DNA of 63,977 nucleotides, filler included, from Stramenopiles sp. TOSAG23-2 (taxonomy: Eukaryota): assembly GCA_900128395.1 (NCBI GenBank). It is 3 parts of 3 records of this genome, joined end to end, with 100 filler letters (N's around TTAATTAATTAA, not from the genome) between each part and the next. Parts side by side here need not be neighbours in the genome. Positions count along the whole stretch, not along the records: positions 45,033 to 63,977 come from LT649595.1; 2 more parts are not named here. One strand, given 5' to 3'. Numbering within the stretch: the first letter of the stretch is position 1; every line of letters starts with the position of its first letter. Of this stretch, positions 47,688 through 59,675 are shown one piece after another. The notes below the pieces were generated by a model that did no database searches, was not told where the DNA came from, and saw only the letters and a program-made list of their open reading frames with translations. The translations under genes and the position numbers were made by a program.

Positions 47688-48434
47688 ATGGCAGGTAAAT
47701 TACAAGTGGATATCAATAAATTACAAAATGAAAGTTTAAATATATTAAAAAGGACCGATCCAAATATAGTTAAAATATTAGCAAATGCATCACATGCAGC
47801 TAATTATAGCTTTCAACAAGAGACAAATGAATGGAAAAAACGTGAAGTGGAAGGACCTTTTTTTGTTGTTCAACGGAAACCAACGCAACAAAACCAAAGT
47901 ATGTATGCTATGATAGTGTTAAATCGCTTAAATGCTAATAATTACATTCAATACCTCAATACTGGTATTAATTTTCAAGTTAGTGATCCATATATAATAT
48001 TTCGTACACAAAAAGAAACTATTGGATTTTGGTTTGGTAATGCAAATGAAAGAAATGCAATAGCAAATGTTGTACAAGGTGTCTTACAAAATCTATTTAA
48101 TCGCAGTAGAATGCCACAGCAGCAACAACAACAACAAGCCCCACAACAAGCTTGGCAAGGTAATACTAATGCATCGCAACATTTATTATCAATGATAAAA
48201 GGAGGAAACGGCAACAACAACAATAGTGGAAATAGTAATAATAAAGGAAATAATAAAAAGAAAGGTAATAAAAATGCTGCTGATCTTGACAATTTGAAAC
48301 CGGAGGATATTGAACTTACCAAACCTCAATTGCAAAGAATGTTAATAAGAATGTTAGAAGATGATCGTTTTATTGGCTTGCTTCATCAACAATATATACA
48401 AAGTTTGAGAAAGAAGAAAAAATCAGGACAATAA
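47688..48434 (+). CDS. DCP1: mRNA decapping cofactor DCP1 (EVH1 domain)
   Basis: LNILKRTDPNIVKIL, EWKKREVEGPFFVVQR, IVLNRL, PYIIFR, IGFWF; C-terminal LTKPQLQRMLIRMLEDDRFIGLLHQQY. The 5' end is duplicated (113 bp, first ATG at 47575), as is the 3' end (93 bp, 48366-48551). Confidence 0.93.
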   Translation: MAGKLQVDINKLQNESLNILKRTDPNIVKILANASHAANYSFQQETNEWKKREVEGPFFVVQRKPTQQNQSMYAMIVLNRLNANNYIQYLNTGINFQVSDPYIIFRTQKETIGFWFGNANERNAIANVVQGVLQNLFNRSRMPQQQQQQQAPQQAWQGNTNASQHLLSMIKGGNGNNNNSGNSNNKGNNKKKGNKNAADLDNLKPEDIELTKPQLQRMLIRMLEDDRFIGLLHQQYIQSLRKKKKSGQ

Positions 48435-48734
48435 AAAATCACATGGAGGATTATATTTCGTTTTATTGGCTTGCTTCATCAACAATATATACAAAGTTTG
48501 AGAAAGAAGAAAAAATCAGGACAATAAAAAATCACATGGAGGATTATATTTGCATCAATTATATTTCATATCTCATCTATCATCTATGCATTATGGTTGT
48601 TGGGAAGTGGGAATGTGGTGAACTGTGAACTACGTGTACTACATCGGTACGACACATTATATTTTGTATATAATATATATATATATATTAAATATATATG
48701 TATTAAAAATATTATATATATTTTTTTTATTTTT

Positions 48735-51700
48735 TTATGAATATTGTACTTTAATCAATAAACACTCTTCATTTTGATCTGTTTCATCATTTACAAACAC
48801 AAACATCTCTCTTAATCCTGGTTTATCCAATGGCGTGAAAAACAATCTAATATATGCTTTACCAAGTTTTCGCACACTTAATTTAGGCTCTTTGCATCGC
48901 ATTAAATTTGGTTCGTTCGTGCGCAACGTAAAATTCCTTTGGCGATCCCATTGGTTTTTATATGCTATCTTTTTATGTGCACTACGACCAACTGGTATAC
49001 TAACATCATATGTTTTTGTAACAACAGGGGGAGCAGCAGTTGTTGAAACTAACCAAGCAGCAATTAGCTCATGGGAATCAACATCTACCATATGAACAAG
49101 CACTCGACGATTTCCCATACGTAAAGGACGACTGATCATTCCTATTCTATTGTATGCACCTGGCACAAGTTGGAATGCTGTTTTCAATGTAAATGCAGTT
49201 TCACTTGGATGAGAAGTAAAGCATTTCACACGCCTGGAATATTGATCACCTTTAACCATCAATTCGCTTGGTGTTCCTTGACCAACCAATCCATGGACAT
49301 CAACGCGTAACATTGATTGAACGGTTACGTGCCAAATTTCATCCACACGAGCATGATATTGATCTGCATATACAATGATGAAAAATTGACCAAGGGATGG
49401 AAAGGATAAACAACGGTATTTAAAGAAGATTTCTTGAGGCTTGTTTGCATCGGTTTGGTCCAAAAATTCTAAAACAACGTCATTGCTAGGGCAATGTACA
49501 AACTTTGCAGGCATCGCTTGTCCCCGTCTTGCATTAATAACACCAGTAGCGCCATCTTTTGATCTATTTATCGTATTATTGAGACCTGGCATGAGGGCAG
49601 GTGCAGCATTATATGGATTAAAATTACGTGGATGAATAGCAATACTGCGCTTTAAATATTCATTTTCAGCTTGATTGAATCGGAAAGTACGATCAACAAT
49701 AAATGGTCTTGGACGAACATGCACTTGCAATACCATGACGGTATGACCAAAATTTTTACTGAAAAAACGAACAGGTATCGTCCTTCGCATAATTGGTACT
49801 CCATCCCCACCATTACCATGTGCCCCAGAAAAATCTTCCTTTGATTCCGAATCATCGTTCTTAGAACCATATGAATCATCTGATTTCTCGCCAGCTTTTC
49901 CACCAGCCGTAGATGATTTAGAATATTTCGCTTTTCCTTTCCCTCGTCCAGACATTACACTTCCAGAATTAAAGCTTAGGAATACAAATGGAATAAAGAC
50001 AGACTCACCAGCTTCTAATGTCAAATGCAAATCTTCATCTATCATTTCATCTTCAACAGGTTTGTCCCCAAATTTGCCAGCAGCCGGTTGCAATACCCTG
50101 CGGTAATGCTCCTGTGCAAGCCTATCGCGAACAACCCTCAATTCAGACTGTGCTGGAAGCTCAATTACAAATACTGCTTCACATGAATATGGATTACGTA
50201 ATTCATACTCAAAATATTTCGCACGTGCGAACGATGGATAGATTGTTAACTCGTTGCTAATACTTGATTTCAACAAGCGACCAACTAAAGCTTTCTTCCG
50301 AGTGTCACGGAAGCGTTTAACTAAATCCAGTTGTTCCTTATGGATAGCAAATTTCCCTTTGTTTGCATGCTCCTTTCCAATAATATCACTAGCGCGTGAG
50401 GACCGTTTCGAATTGCTGCCATCGCGTTTGCGCCAGTTATCTAATCTAGCCATTTGCCTTTGAATTGTCGATGCGCGTATATCATCCTCGTCATCGTAAT
50501 CGCGGTCATCCATTAACGATAATCCCATATCCATTAAAACATATTTAAATTCCGTGCGGGTTACGTTTCCAGTACCACGATCGAAGGCTTGAAACATCGA
50601 GTCAACATCTTTTCCACTTCGCGTACAATTACCATATGCTTTACTACATTTTTCTTTTACTGCTTCCATTCTAACTGGAACTGAACCTCCTCTACCAGCT
50701 TTCTTATATCTACTACTATTTGGTGCACTATTAGCAAAATCAACAAATTCATCAATACTAACATACCCATCGCCGTTCGTATCGAATCGTTTTACTAACG
50801 CATCTAATTCCCAATGGGCTCCTTTGAAGCCTAAATCAGCTAATACAGCCTCGAAATCTCTATCATCCACTTTTCCGCGATTATCCCTATCGAACTCGGA
50901 AAATGCATCGCGCAAACTCAAACCTTTGTCCTTCGCTTTTTTTAAAATTTTTCTAAGTCTATTTTCCATTTTATCTATTTTGGATTCTGCATCTTCCGTA
51001 TCAATATCGCCCATGACAAAATCCACAAATTCATTAATTGTCAAACGACCATCATGATTTTCATCCAGATGCAACAGTACAGCTTCCGCCTCTTCCTCGT
51101 TTATTTTGATTCCCAAATCCTCCAATGCATCCATCCATTCCGCCCGGGTAATTCTTCCATCATTGTTTTTATCAAAATGTGCAAAAATGTCTTTAATTTT
51201 CATGCCTTTCTCCTCCGCCTTTACTATAATTTTTTTCAAACGCTTTTCAACTTTTTGGACAATATTGCTTTTCAATGAAGATGACGGGGACATAGCAAAA
51301 TCAATAAATGACTTTGCATCAATAGTATTTTCACCATGTCTATGTGCAAATCGTGCCATGAAGTGCTTCATGTCTTTATCCGTTGCATGAAAACCTAATT
51401 TTTTTAACGTGTGTTTAAATTCTTTCTCTGTAATTTTACCATCGCCATCTTCATCAAACTCCTCAAATACATCTTCGATGTCTAGTCCTTTATCTTCCGC
51501 ACCTCTTAATATTTTTCGTAAACGTGACTCCAAACGATCTACAGCAGGTTCGAAACGTTTCTTATTTCCACCTTTTCCTGTCCCACGACCACTTATGCCA
51601 GTGCCATTACAGATATCTTTAACAAAGACTGACCAATCGATCTTCCCAGTCGCGCTTTTCCCTGCACTGCAAAATCCATACAAACTATCTAACTCATCCA

Positions 51701-54700
51701 TAGAGATAGAAAATGGATCAGTCAATGCACGCACACCACTATCGAGACTAGCTGATTTCCATCCACCTTTTTTCTTGGCAGCCATTGATGTGGTTTTACC
51801 GTTGTTTCTACCTTGCGATTCTGTTCGTGAAAATTCTTTTTGGCGTGATGACAACAATGATTTAAGCTCCGGGTTTGTTGCTGGCAACGGAACGGCGCGA
51901 GATCGATGCCTTGCAGACACACGATTTCCACTGATGCTATTGTTGAGGTTGTCAAATCCTGTTCTTGCACCAACACGCCAATCACGGTCACCTTCAGTTT
52001 TTCCAAAAATTTCCTTTCCACGCTCTACAAATCCACCTGCCGCAGCCGAGCTTGCTTTTAATTCTGAATATGGTCCTTTTCCCTCTAAACCATAATTAGA
52101 CATGAGCAATTGAACACGGCCAGTCACACGTCCAGCTGGCAATGCACGTGCTTGCACAGTGGGAATACCTTCACCAATAATTTCATCTGCACTCGATGAT
52201 ATAATATCATACTCTAATGCTGATTTAATAACTTTTTCGCCTTGACGTAGTAAACCTGCTAATTCAACAGCAATGGTACCAACTTTAAGCAATGAATCGC
52301 TATCCCATACTTCAATATAGAGAGTTCGTTCTTTTAAGTATTCTGGGAACAGTCTAGTTTCACCCGGTACTAGGCTATTGTCCACGATGTAACTGTATGC
52401 TAAACTTGGAACAACGCGGCCATCTGTATCTTCTCGTACGAGAATCATCGGTTCAGACATTGATCCAGCCTTTCGTTCACTTAAAAGTGCTCCTCTATTT
52501 TTTTGCGATAAGACCATATGTTCAGTTCTAGTTGGGTAGTTATTGAAAAATTGGAAGGTGAAATGAACGGCACGTGGTTGTGGAATATTTAATCCTTGGA
52601 TCGTGCGGAAGGCGGCAAATTGAAATGTAACTTCATTTGCCAGCAAGGTATCGGAAAATTCTACATCTAAATCGACTTGGCGTCTCGATGGAAGCGGTAC
52701 ACGCTTGACGCCGCCAATTGAAGTAGAATCGCCTAAAACATCAGTATAACCATGCCTTGCTAAATATGTTTTGGACGCACGTGTTAATTGAGTTGCTAAT
52801 GGTGTCGTTCCACCAATGACAGCAGTCACGCCAGGATTGTATGATCCTAATTGTGCATTGATAGTTGCAACTCCACCCATACCAGGTTTCTTTAAAGGTT
52901 GTTTTAAAGATTGTGCCAATAATGAACGCATTAGAATATCGTTTGATCCTCTTGGTAAGCCATGAACAACATTGTCTCCTCCAAGTACTGCTGATTTTGA
53001 TTGTAAATTTCTATCTTCCACCTCTTCGTACCGATCATTTTCTTTATCTGAAAACTTTGATTTCTTTCCTTTCTTCTTTTTGAAACTATCCTCATCATCA
53101 TCATCAGTATCGTCTCCGCTTGATATTTCAATATCCGAATCATCTTTTGCCTTCTTCTTCTTTTTCTTGTCTTTCTTTTTGTTTTTCGCTTCTAGTTCTT
53201 CCATTTTCTTTCTTCGAGCTTTTTCAGCTTTATCCTCTGATAGCTCTCTTTCATAATTCTCAAGCAATTTTTTCTTCTCTTTTTCTTTTTTTCTAGTTTT
53301 CGCTTGTACATGATCTGGTTCATCAACTTCAATTTCACACGAAACGGATGGCGTAATTTGCTCTACGTCATAATCGTATATATCTGGAGAAGATGACGAT
53401 GCAGTAACTCCACCGGTAAATCCATTTGGACTTATCATAGATCCTCGTACACATGGTACAACTAGGATTTCTGCTTTTTGGTTTTTACCATAAGTAGTAG
53501 TGATTCCATGTAAATATTTTTTACCATCAAATGGAACAAATATAGCTTCAGCGACAACAGCATCTGGACCACCATTTACATTGTAAACAATTTGAAAAAC
53601 AATGGCTACATTGGAATCTTTGCAATAATGTGGGATGGTAATATCTTCAGCCCGATAAATTTCCTTTGATCTAGAGGATTTATTGGACAATTCAACCTTT
53701 AAAAATCCATTTTTCCAATCACTTCGCCCACCACGTCTACCACTTTGTGGTGCAAAGACACGATGGCCGTTATGCAATGAAACTCTTAAAGTTCGCTCGA
53801 CGCTGTTACCGCCTTCAAATCCTTTTTCCAGTGCTCTTTTGATTCCATTGTCTATAAGTTTTGGAAGTTTAACAACGACGCCTTTGATTTCCAATTCCAT
53901 TCGTGGCGCTAATTTAATATTAGCTGCTTTGGATGGGTTCTTCTTATTATATAAAAAAGGTCCTTCTGTACTTTGATATTCCACCATTTCTAAACCACCG
54001 ACAGGATTATTAGTACCGATCAAATCATGAGGTTTAAATAGATGCGCAGCTCTTTCCAATGATTGCATTTTACTTAATGAATATGCAAATTTCCCAGATC
54101 TTCTTTGCCATTTAGTGCCATTCCTTTGTTTGTTGTTGATGTCACTAGCACTCATAGTTAACAATGCTCTTGGACTACCATCAAAAAGCGACAACTGGTT
54201 GGAAAAATCTTCCTCATCATCTTCCTCGTCTTCTATATCAACAATATTTTTATCTTTAAATATTCTAACCGTTGTCCATCCCATGGCGTACGATCGTTTA
54301 ACGCCTGTTTTATTATTTTCGTGTATGAGCTGAATCTCAGCAACTCCATAACAGTTATCATCGTATATTGGAGATGCAAAATAAATGAAGTGGTCTAGCC
54401 TTACATCATAACGAACATCTTTGTTATTTTCGAACCAAACAACTGGACTTTCATGTGTTCTACCGAAAAATGTTTGCGACTTTGCATTATACAAACTAAG
54501 ATTAAAACGTACACCTAACCTATCATTAACAGAGTCTCTAGCTTTCAATATACCTGCTGGAATTTGCACACCCAATATTTCATGAACATGCAACGTGAAA
54601 TATCGAATTTCTTTTGCAAATAAAGTATCATCTTGACTAACTGGTATGATACTTAAATGAGAATTTGCAACCCATCTTTTTAATGCCAACGCACCACGGC

Positions 54701-54731
54701 TTCCACCGGGTACTGCCATATGTTCCGCCAT
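48735..54731 (-). CDS. NPHP4: Nephrocystin-4 (ciliary transition zone) with EF-hand array
   Basis: TFFGRT, GWTTVRIF, EVTFQFAAF, HFTFQFF, LYIEVWDSDSLLKVG, YFEYELRNPY, VDRTFRF, HKKIAYKNQW, NEECLLI; several DxDGDG loops. Confidence 0.92.
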   Translation of the reverse strand: MAEHMAVPGGSRGALALKRWVANSHLSIIPVSQDDTLFAKEIRYFTLHVHEILGVQIPAGILKARDSVNDRLGVRFNLSLYNAKSQTFFGRTHESPVVWFENNKDVRYDVRLDHFIYFASPIYDDNCYGVAEIQLIHENNKTGVKRSYAMGWTTVRIFKDKNIVDIEDEEDDEEDFSNQLSLFDGSPRALLTMSASDINNKQRNGTKWQRRSGKFAYSLSKMQSLERAAHLFKPHDLIGTNNPVGGLEMVEYQSTEGPFLYNKKNPSKAANIKLAPRMELEIKGVVVKLPKLIDNGIKRALEKGFEGGNSVERTLRVSLHNGHRVFAPQSGRRGGRSDWKNGFLKVELSNKSSRSKEIYRAEDITIPHYCKDSNVAIVFQIVYNVNGGPDAVVAEAIFVPFDGKKYLHGITTTYGKNQKAEILVVPCVRGSMISPNGFTGGVTASSSSPDIYDYDVEQITPSVSCEIEVDEPDHVQAKTRKKEKEKKKLLENYERELSEDKAEKARRKKMEELEAKNKKKDKKKKKKAKDDSDIEISSGDDTDDDDEDSFKKKKGKKSKFSDKENDRYEEVEDRNLQSKSAVLGGDNVVHGLPRGSNDILMRSLLAQSLKQPLKKPGMGGVATINAQLGSYNPGVTAVIGGTTPLATQLTRASKTYLARHGYTDVLGDSTSIGGVKRVPLPSRRQVDLDVEFSDTLLANEVTFQFAAFRTIQGLNIPQPRAVHFTFQFFNNYPTRTEHMVLSQKNRGALLSERKAGSMSEPMILVREDTDGRVVPSLAYSYIVDNSLVPGETRLFPEYLKERTLYIEVWDSDSLLKVGTIAVELAGLLRQGEKVIKSALEYDIISSSADEIIGEGIPTVQARALPAGRVTGRVQLLMSNYGLEGKGPYSELKASSAAAGGFVERGKEIFGKTEGDRDWRVGARTGFDNLNNSISGNRVSARHRSRAVPLPATNPELKSLLSSRQKEFSRTESQGRNNGKTTSMAAKKKGGWKSASLDSGVRALTDPFSISMDELDSLYGFCSAGKSATGKIDWSVFVKDICNGTGISGRGTGKGGNKKRFEPAVDRLESRLRKILRGAEDKGLDIEDVFEEFDEDGDGKITEKEFKHTLKKLGFHATDKDMKHFMARFAHRHGENTIDAKSFIDFAMSPSSSLKSNIVQKVEKRLKKIIVKAEEKGMKIKDIFAHFDKNNDGRITRAEWMDALEDLGIKINEEEAEAVLLHLDENHDGRLTINEFVDFVMGDIDTEDAESKIDKMENRLRKILKKAKDKGLSLRDAFSEFDRDNRGKVDDRDFEAVLADLGFKGAHWELDALVKRFDTNGDGYVSIDEFVDFANSAPNSSRYKKAGRGGSVPVRMEAVKEKCSKAYGNCTRSGKDVDSMFQAFDRGTGNVTRTEFKYVLMDMGLSLMDDRDYDDEDDIRASTIQRQMARLDNWRKRDGSNSKRSSRASDIIGKEHANKGKFAIHKEQLDLVKRFRDTRKKALVGRLLKSSISNELTIYPSFARAKYFEYELRNPYSCEAVFVIELPAQSELRVVRDRLAQEHYRRVLQPAAGKFGDKPVEDEMIDEDLHLTLEAGESVFIPFVFLSFNSGSVMSGRGKGKAKYSKSSTAGGKAGEKSDDSYGSKNDDSESKEDFSGAHGNGGDGVPIMRRTIPVRFFSKNFGHTVMVLQVHVRPRPFIVDRTFRFNQAENEYLKRSIAIHPRNFNPYNAAPALMPGLNNTINRSKDGATGVINARRGQAMPAKFVHCPSNDVVLEFLDQTDANKPQEIFFKYRCLSFPSLGQFFIIVYADQYHARVDEIWHVTVQSMLRVDVHGLVGQGTPSELMVKGDQYSRRVKCFTSHPSETAFTLKTAFQLVPGAYNRIGMISRPLRMGNRRVLVHMVDVDSHELIAAWLVSTTAAPPVVTKTYDVSIPVGRSAHKKIAYKNQWDRQRNFTLRTNEPNLMRCKEPKLSVRKLGKAYIRLFFTPLDKPGLREMFVFVNDETDQNEECLLIKVQYS

Positions 54732-55655
54732 GCTTTATAAAATCACTAGATTGTTTGTATATATATATATTCCCCACAGATATAGACACACACACAGAGA
54801 GGTAGTTGGTTCTTCTATGTATCTGATACTATAAATATATGTATATTGTATTTGTCCGTATGATCTAGACGACTTTGTTCCACTATTTCTATTTTTTTCA
54901 TTAAAAAATGCTATTTTTTTCAAACTGTAAATGTTTTATTATAACGGCGGCGGTGTTGTTTGCTGCGATGCGAGCTGTGGCCTATGGAAGCGGGGAAACA
55001 ATATATAAGGGAACCAAAAATGAAAAAAATAGAAATAAAAAATAAATTAATGATTGATATAGTATGCACTTGAAATATGTGGTAAAATAATAGGGATAAA
55101 ATATGGAAAACAAATGGCAGATATTATAGAGCATTATAATGAATCAAGAAAATTTAACGATCTTTGCACGGTGGTGGTGTGCCTTAGTAGCTTTCCAGCT
55201 TTAGCCAAGGAATTACTAGACACAATGATATATGGCTATACGTAAAATAATAAATAATACAAAATCTGATAGGGATAGTACTCATGATATAATGCCGTGT
55301 ATTACAATGCTATACATATGCTATTTTTTTAAATAGTGACAAGGGATCGAGTAGATCGAAATAGCACTGTAATAGTACTATAATTGAAATTGGCTCGGTC
55401 CATATTTCATTAAGTACAATTTGTTAGTAGAATAAGTTTTTTTGATAGGACTAGGAGGACTCCAGTCGATTTTATAAAAAAAAAAGTGAGGACAAAAAAG
55501 CACAAAGCACCAAAACAACAAAAAAACAACTAAAAAACTAAAAATTTGATGATACAAATGATGGCAGGTAGAGAGATAGTAGAGAATTCCAAATTGAAAC
55601 AAAGTACATATGTATATATATATATATATTACAGTGTGTGTGAGAGAGAAATAAC

Positions 55656-56276
55656 ATGTATAAAATCATGCAAAAGAAAATAATGACAATGATACAATAC
55701 CATATTGTCATTTTCGTATTGTCAACATGTATATATTTTTTTAATTTAAATAATAATAATAATAATAAAATGTTTGTTTTTGCTGAAGTTATTCATAATA
55801 ATAATAATATTGTGAATAATAATAATAATAATGTACCATTACAAAGCGCAAATATTATTATGAGCAAATTAAAGCAGAAAAGTTTTAATCGTTTAAGAGC
55901 AAATAATAATAGAAATAGCAATAGGTTGCCACAAGTACATAGATTTAAATCGTATCCACTTCCAGATCCAAATGATCCAGACGAGGTAGAAGGTTTACGA
56001 CCCCCAGTTAGAGGTAGAAAAGAAGCATATGAAGATAATACAACTCATACACAATGGAATACGATGGGATTTTTATCTGATTATTATTGTACAGCTAAAA
56101 TTTTTGATGAACCAAGACGCATGAGATTATCATGTACAAAAAATCCAAAAAGGATAATGAATTGTTTTTGTGAAGATAAAAAAGAAAATGAAGTTAAAAT
56201 ACCATGTCGTTGTGAACCAGCAGTTTCAAGTAAATCAAAACATATCAATCTTGTAAATAAATTTGTCGGTACATAA
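55656..56276 (+). CDS. Hypothetical, probably secreted protein with Cys-rich C-terminus
   Basis: Hydrophobic N-terminus, Asn tracts, six C-terminal Cys residues. Confidence 0.6.
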   Translation: MYKIMQKKIMTMIQYHIVIFVLSTCIYFFNLNNNNNNKMFVFAEVIHNNNNIVNNNNNNVPLQSANIIMSKLKQKSFNRLRANNNRNSNRLPQVHRFKSYPLPDPNDPDEVEGLRPPVRGRKEAYEDNTTHTQWNTMGFLSDYYCTAKIFDEPRRMRLSCTKNPKRIMNCFCEDKKENEVKIPCRCEPAVSSKSKHINLVNKFVGT

Positions 56277-56506
56277 AAAAAAAAATATTATACAAAGAAG
56301 CGAGTGTATAGCCTGCTGGATATAGGGTGTGGTGTGTGGTGTGTGTGTGTAAAATGTACGTTCGTACATTTGTTTACGTTTTTTAAATTTGCTTTTAACA
56401 AAAAACCTTTTACACGTATCTCTCCTTTTATACATATATCATAATATGCACTCAAACATGATGTACGAGTACGAATCTTTCTCTCTCTCTCCTCGCCTTT
56501 TTTTCT

Positions 56507-57856
56507 TTAATCAGTATGTGCAGGTAAAATTTTACCTTCACATGTACCAAATCCAACTTTGTATCCATCACCTTGACAAAATCCAGACATGGTAACTCGA
56601 TCACCATCAGCTAAGAATTTACGTGATATACCATTGCCACAATCAAATGGATTAGATCCTTTCCATGAAATTTCTAACATGGATCCAAACATCGATCGTT
56701 CTGTACCACTAATAGTACCAGAGCCAAGTAAATCACCTGGTCTCATATTACAACCAGTTACGGTATGATGTACTAATTGTTGTTTATGATTCCAATACAT
56801 ATATTTAAAATTACTCCTTGATAAAACCACTGGTTTTGGTACATCTTTTTCATTTTCTAATTCAACTTTTAATTGAATATCATATGAACGATAATCAGGA
56901 TCACGTAAATATGGCAAAGGTTCAGGATCTTGTACACCAGCACTCGTTTTACATTTAAATGGTTCTAATGCAGCAGTTGTTACAACCCATGGTGAGATCG
57001 TCGTGCCAACATTTTTCCCAGTAAATGGTCCTAATGGTACGTATTCAAATTTTTGGATATCTCTTGCACTCCAATCATTCATTAAAACAAAACCAAATAC
57101 ATGATTATCTGCTGATTCAATTTTCAATGGATCACCTAATTTATTACCAGGTCCAACCAACATTCCCATTTCCAATTCGAAATCCATTAAACGGCATGGG
57201 CCAAATTTGGAACCTTTCTTCGCATCTGTAGCGTCAATTTGCAATTGTCCACGAGGTCGGCGAATATCAGTACCACTAATAACTACTGATGATGCACGGC
57301 CATGATAACCAACTGGTAAATGTGTCCAATTTGGCATTAAAGCATTTTCCGGGCCGCGAAACATGGTACCTACATTTGTTGCATGTTCACGAGATGCATA
57401 AAAATCAGTATAATCACCAATGTTACAAGGCATTTCCATCGTCACTTGTGATTGAGGGACTAATGCTTTTGCTCTTAAAGCTGTATTGTCTCTTAATGTT
57501 GCATTACCAGCTTTTAATAATTCCGTAATAGCTTGTCTTGCAGCATTCCAATTTTTTGGTCCCATTCCCATAAAATCATTTAAAGTATCCTTACAAAAAC
57601 AATTTGTCCATGAACCTAATTGTCTAAATAAACCAGTGGTATGGATCACTGACAGGTCCAATACTTGATCGCCAATAGCAACGCCAACTCGTGCTTCTGC
57701 ATCTGCTGTTGGTCGAAAGATACCATATGGTAAATTTTCTATAGGAAAATCTGTTTCACTATCATATGGTACCCAACTACCATTTGAAGATTGTAATGTC
57801 GTGCTTGCCATGTTATTATTATTATTTGTTTTTTGTTTTTTCGCTACGTGGCTCAT
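56507..57856 (-). CDS. FAH: Fumarylacetoacetase
   Basis: DFPIENLPYG, GDYTDFYASREHATNVG, PVGYHGRASS, MDFELE, MNDWSARDIQ, GDLLGSGTISG. Confidence 0.97.
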   Translation of the reverse strand: MSHVAKKQKTNNNNNMASTTLQSSNGSWVPYDSETDFPIENLPYGIFRPTADAEARVGVAIGDQVLDLSVIHTTGLFRQLGSWTNCFCKDTLNDFMGMGPKNWNAARQAITELLKAGNATLRDNTALRAKALVPQSQVTMEMPCNIGDYTDFYASREHATNVGTMFRGPENALMPNWTHLPVGYHGRASSVVISGTDIRRPRGQLQIDATDAKKGSKFGPCRLMDFELEMGMLVGPGNKLGDPLKIESADNHVFGFVLMNDWSARDIQKFEYVPLGPFTGKNVGTTISPWVVTTAALEPFKCKTSAGVQDPEPLPYLRDPDYRSYDIQLKVELENEKDVPKPVVLSRSNFKYMYWNHKQQLVHHTVTGCNMRPGDLLGSGTISGTERSMFGSMLEISWKGSNPFDCGNGISRKFLADGDRVTMSGFCQGDGYKVGFGTCEGKILPAHTD

Positions 57857-58273
57857 ATATCTGTGTGTGTAATTATTATATTGTGGTTGTTGAATGGTAA
57901 TGTATTAGATATTTTTCTGTTTATTATGTGATCAAATAGGTGACTCTCTCTCTCTCCTCTTGAATAATATAGTCTACGTATTTCCTTATTCTTCACATAA
58001 TAATTATATATATTTATATTATATCCACACATTTGCAGAATTTTCTGAGGAGTTGGTAGTAGTGTAGTGAGTATATTTCTGGTTTTTACCTATCAAATGA
58101 CATATAATTTTATACTTTAACTTTTGAGACTTGTTGAGGACCACAGGAGGACCTGGAAGATCTACATTATAGGTTGTCCGACAGAAAAATAATATATAGT
58201 GTAGCTTGTTTGCAATAATAAAAAAAATCATATATATATATTGTACATACACCATATCACATCATTTTTACAA

Positions 58274-59637
58274 TTAGTTTCTTGTACCAAGTAGCATACT
58301 TCTTTCCTCAGGAGTGTTACATGATTTTTCAGCTTCTAATTCATGATTTTGAATTCTCAATTGTTTATTCTCTTCTTTTATTTTGTGTATCCGTTCCTTT
58401 TGTTGATTTATTTCATGTTGTTGTTGATTAATTGTGTTTTTGTTTTTTTTACATCGTCTTTTAAATTTCTTTTTTTGTTTTGCATAGTTTTCTCTCTCTT
58501 TTTTCACTTGGATTTGAACTTTTGCTTCTGCCTGTTTTGCTGCATCTGCTTGAAGTTTATTTAAATGATACCTCTTCCAAAATTCATTACCATAATCTAA
58601 CAGTAATTGCTCACCTTTATATATTGGTTTTGTATTTGTTATAAAAATACGGGGTTTACCATTGATAATGACATCTATAATTTTACAATTTGGTCTCCTA
58701 TGTTGTTGGCCTTTATAATTCACAATATCAGTCCTATAATCATTTATAAAAGCTCCAATATTTTTACATTTTGATGCATCAGCAACAAAGATTGTTTCAG
58801 CGTCAAAGTAAGGATAGCGAAAATATTGAGTACCCCTTTTTTTAATTGATGACAAATCAAATGCATAATTGAATTTATTTAATGTTTGTGGATTTTGAGT
58901 TGCAATTTTCTTATCATATTCATATTCTAGTAAAAGTGAAGCTATGTACTCTACTTTTAATTCGTATTGACGTTGTTCAAAGTATTTATTTGCATATACA
59001 CCAAATGATGTAGTATTTTTATTATATGCTGGATCATGTTGATCCACAGGGCGACATATTAAATTAACAGTTGTATCAGGTTTTGCTATAAAGCTTTTGT
59101 TGCGTGGAGGTATCTATGTGCATGTGTGTATGGATAAATTAATATGTTAGAAAAGTGTAAGAATTCAAGATGCAATATTAATTAATACATACATTTGTAA
59201 CAGTCCATTCTGTATTAATGGACCCATGATTAAATGCCTTATTTATACCATGAAGCACCTGTAATGCATTTTCTGTTATTATATTTTCATGATGCCATGT
59301 CTTTTGCAATTCTTCAATTTTTTTCTTATCTGTTTCATGTGCCATATAACTAACGTCTTCCTCTTTTCCTTCAATATTAAATTCATCATATTCCTGTTTT
59401 GTTATATCCCATATGTAATTTTTCTTTACACTGTACACTTTACTATTATTTTTAAATGTCACTTTCCAGGAATTTTCTTCCTTTATACTTGTCGTTGTTG
59501 CTGCATACAGCCAATTTTCCCACTTCTCCCCAGTAATTTTGACAGGCCATCTAACTTTAACATATCTTAGTATAACTTGTTTTTCTTTATTCTTTGTATT
59601 ATTTTTCATTGTTGATTTTTTCCGTTTTCTGTTGTTT

Positions 59638-59675
<38 letters not shown>

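Noticed and set aside
47551-47739. Separate short DCP1-like gene
   Set aside because: Produced by the 113-bp duplication of the DCP1 5' end.
51409-52095. Antisense ORFs over long genes (also 6548-7126, 17233-17859, 28780-29382)
   Set aside because: Shadow frames of real genes on the opposite strand, with Phe/Ser/Leu-rich composition.
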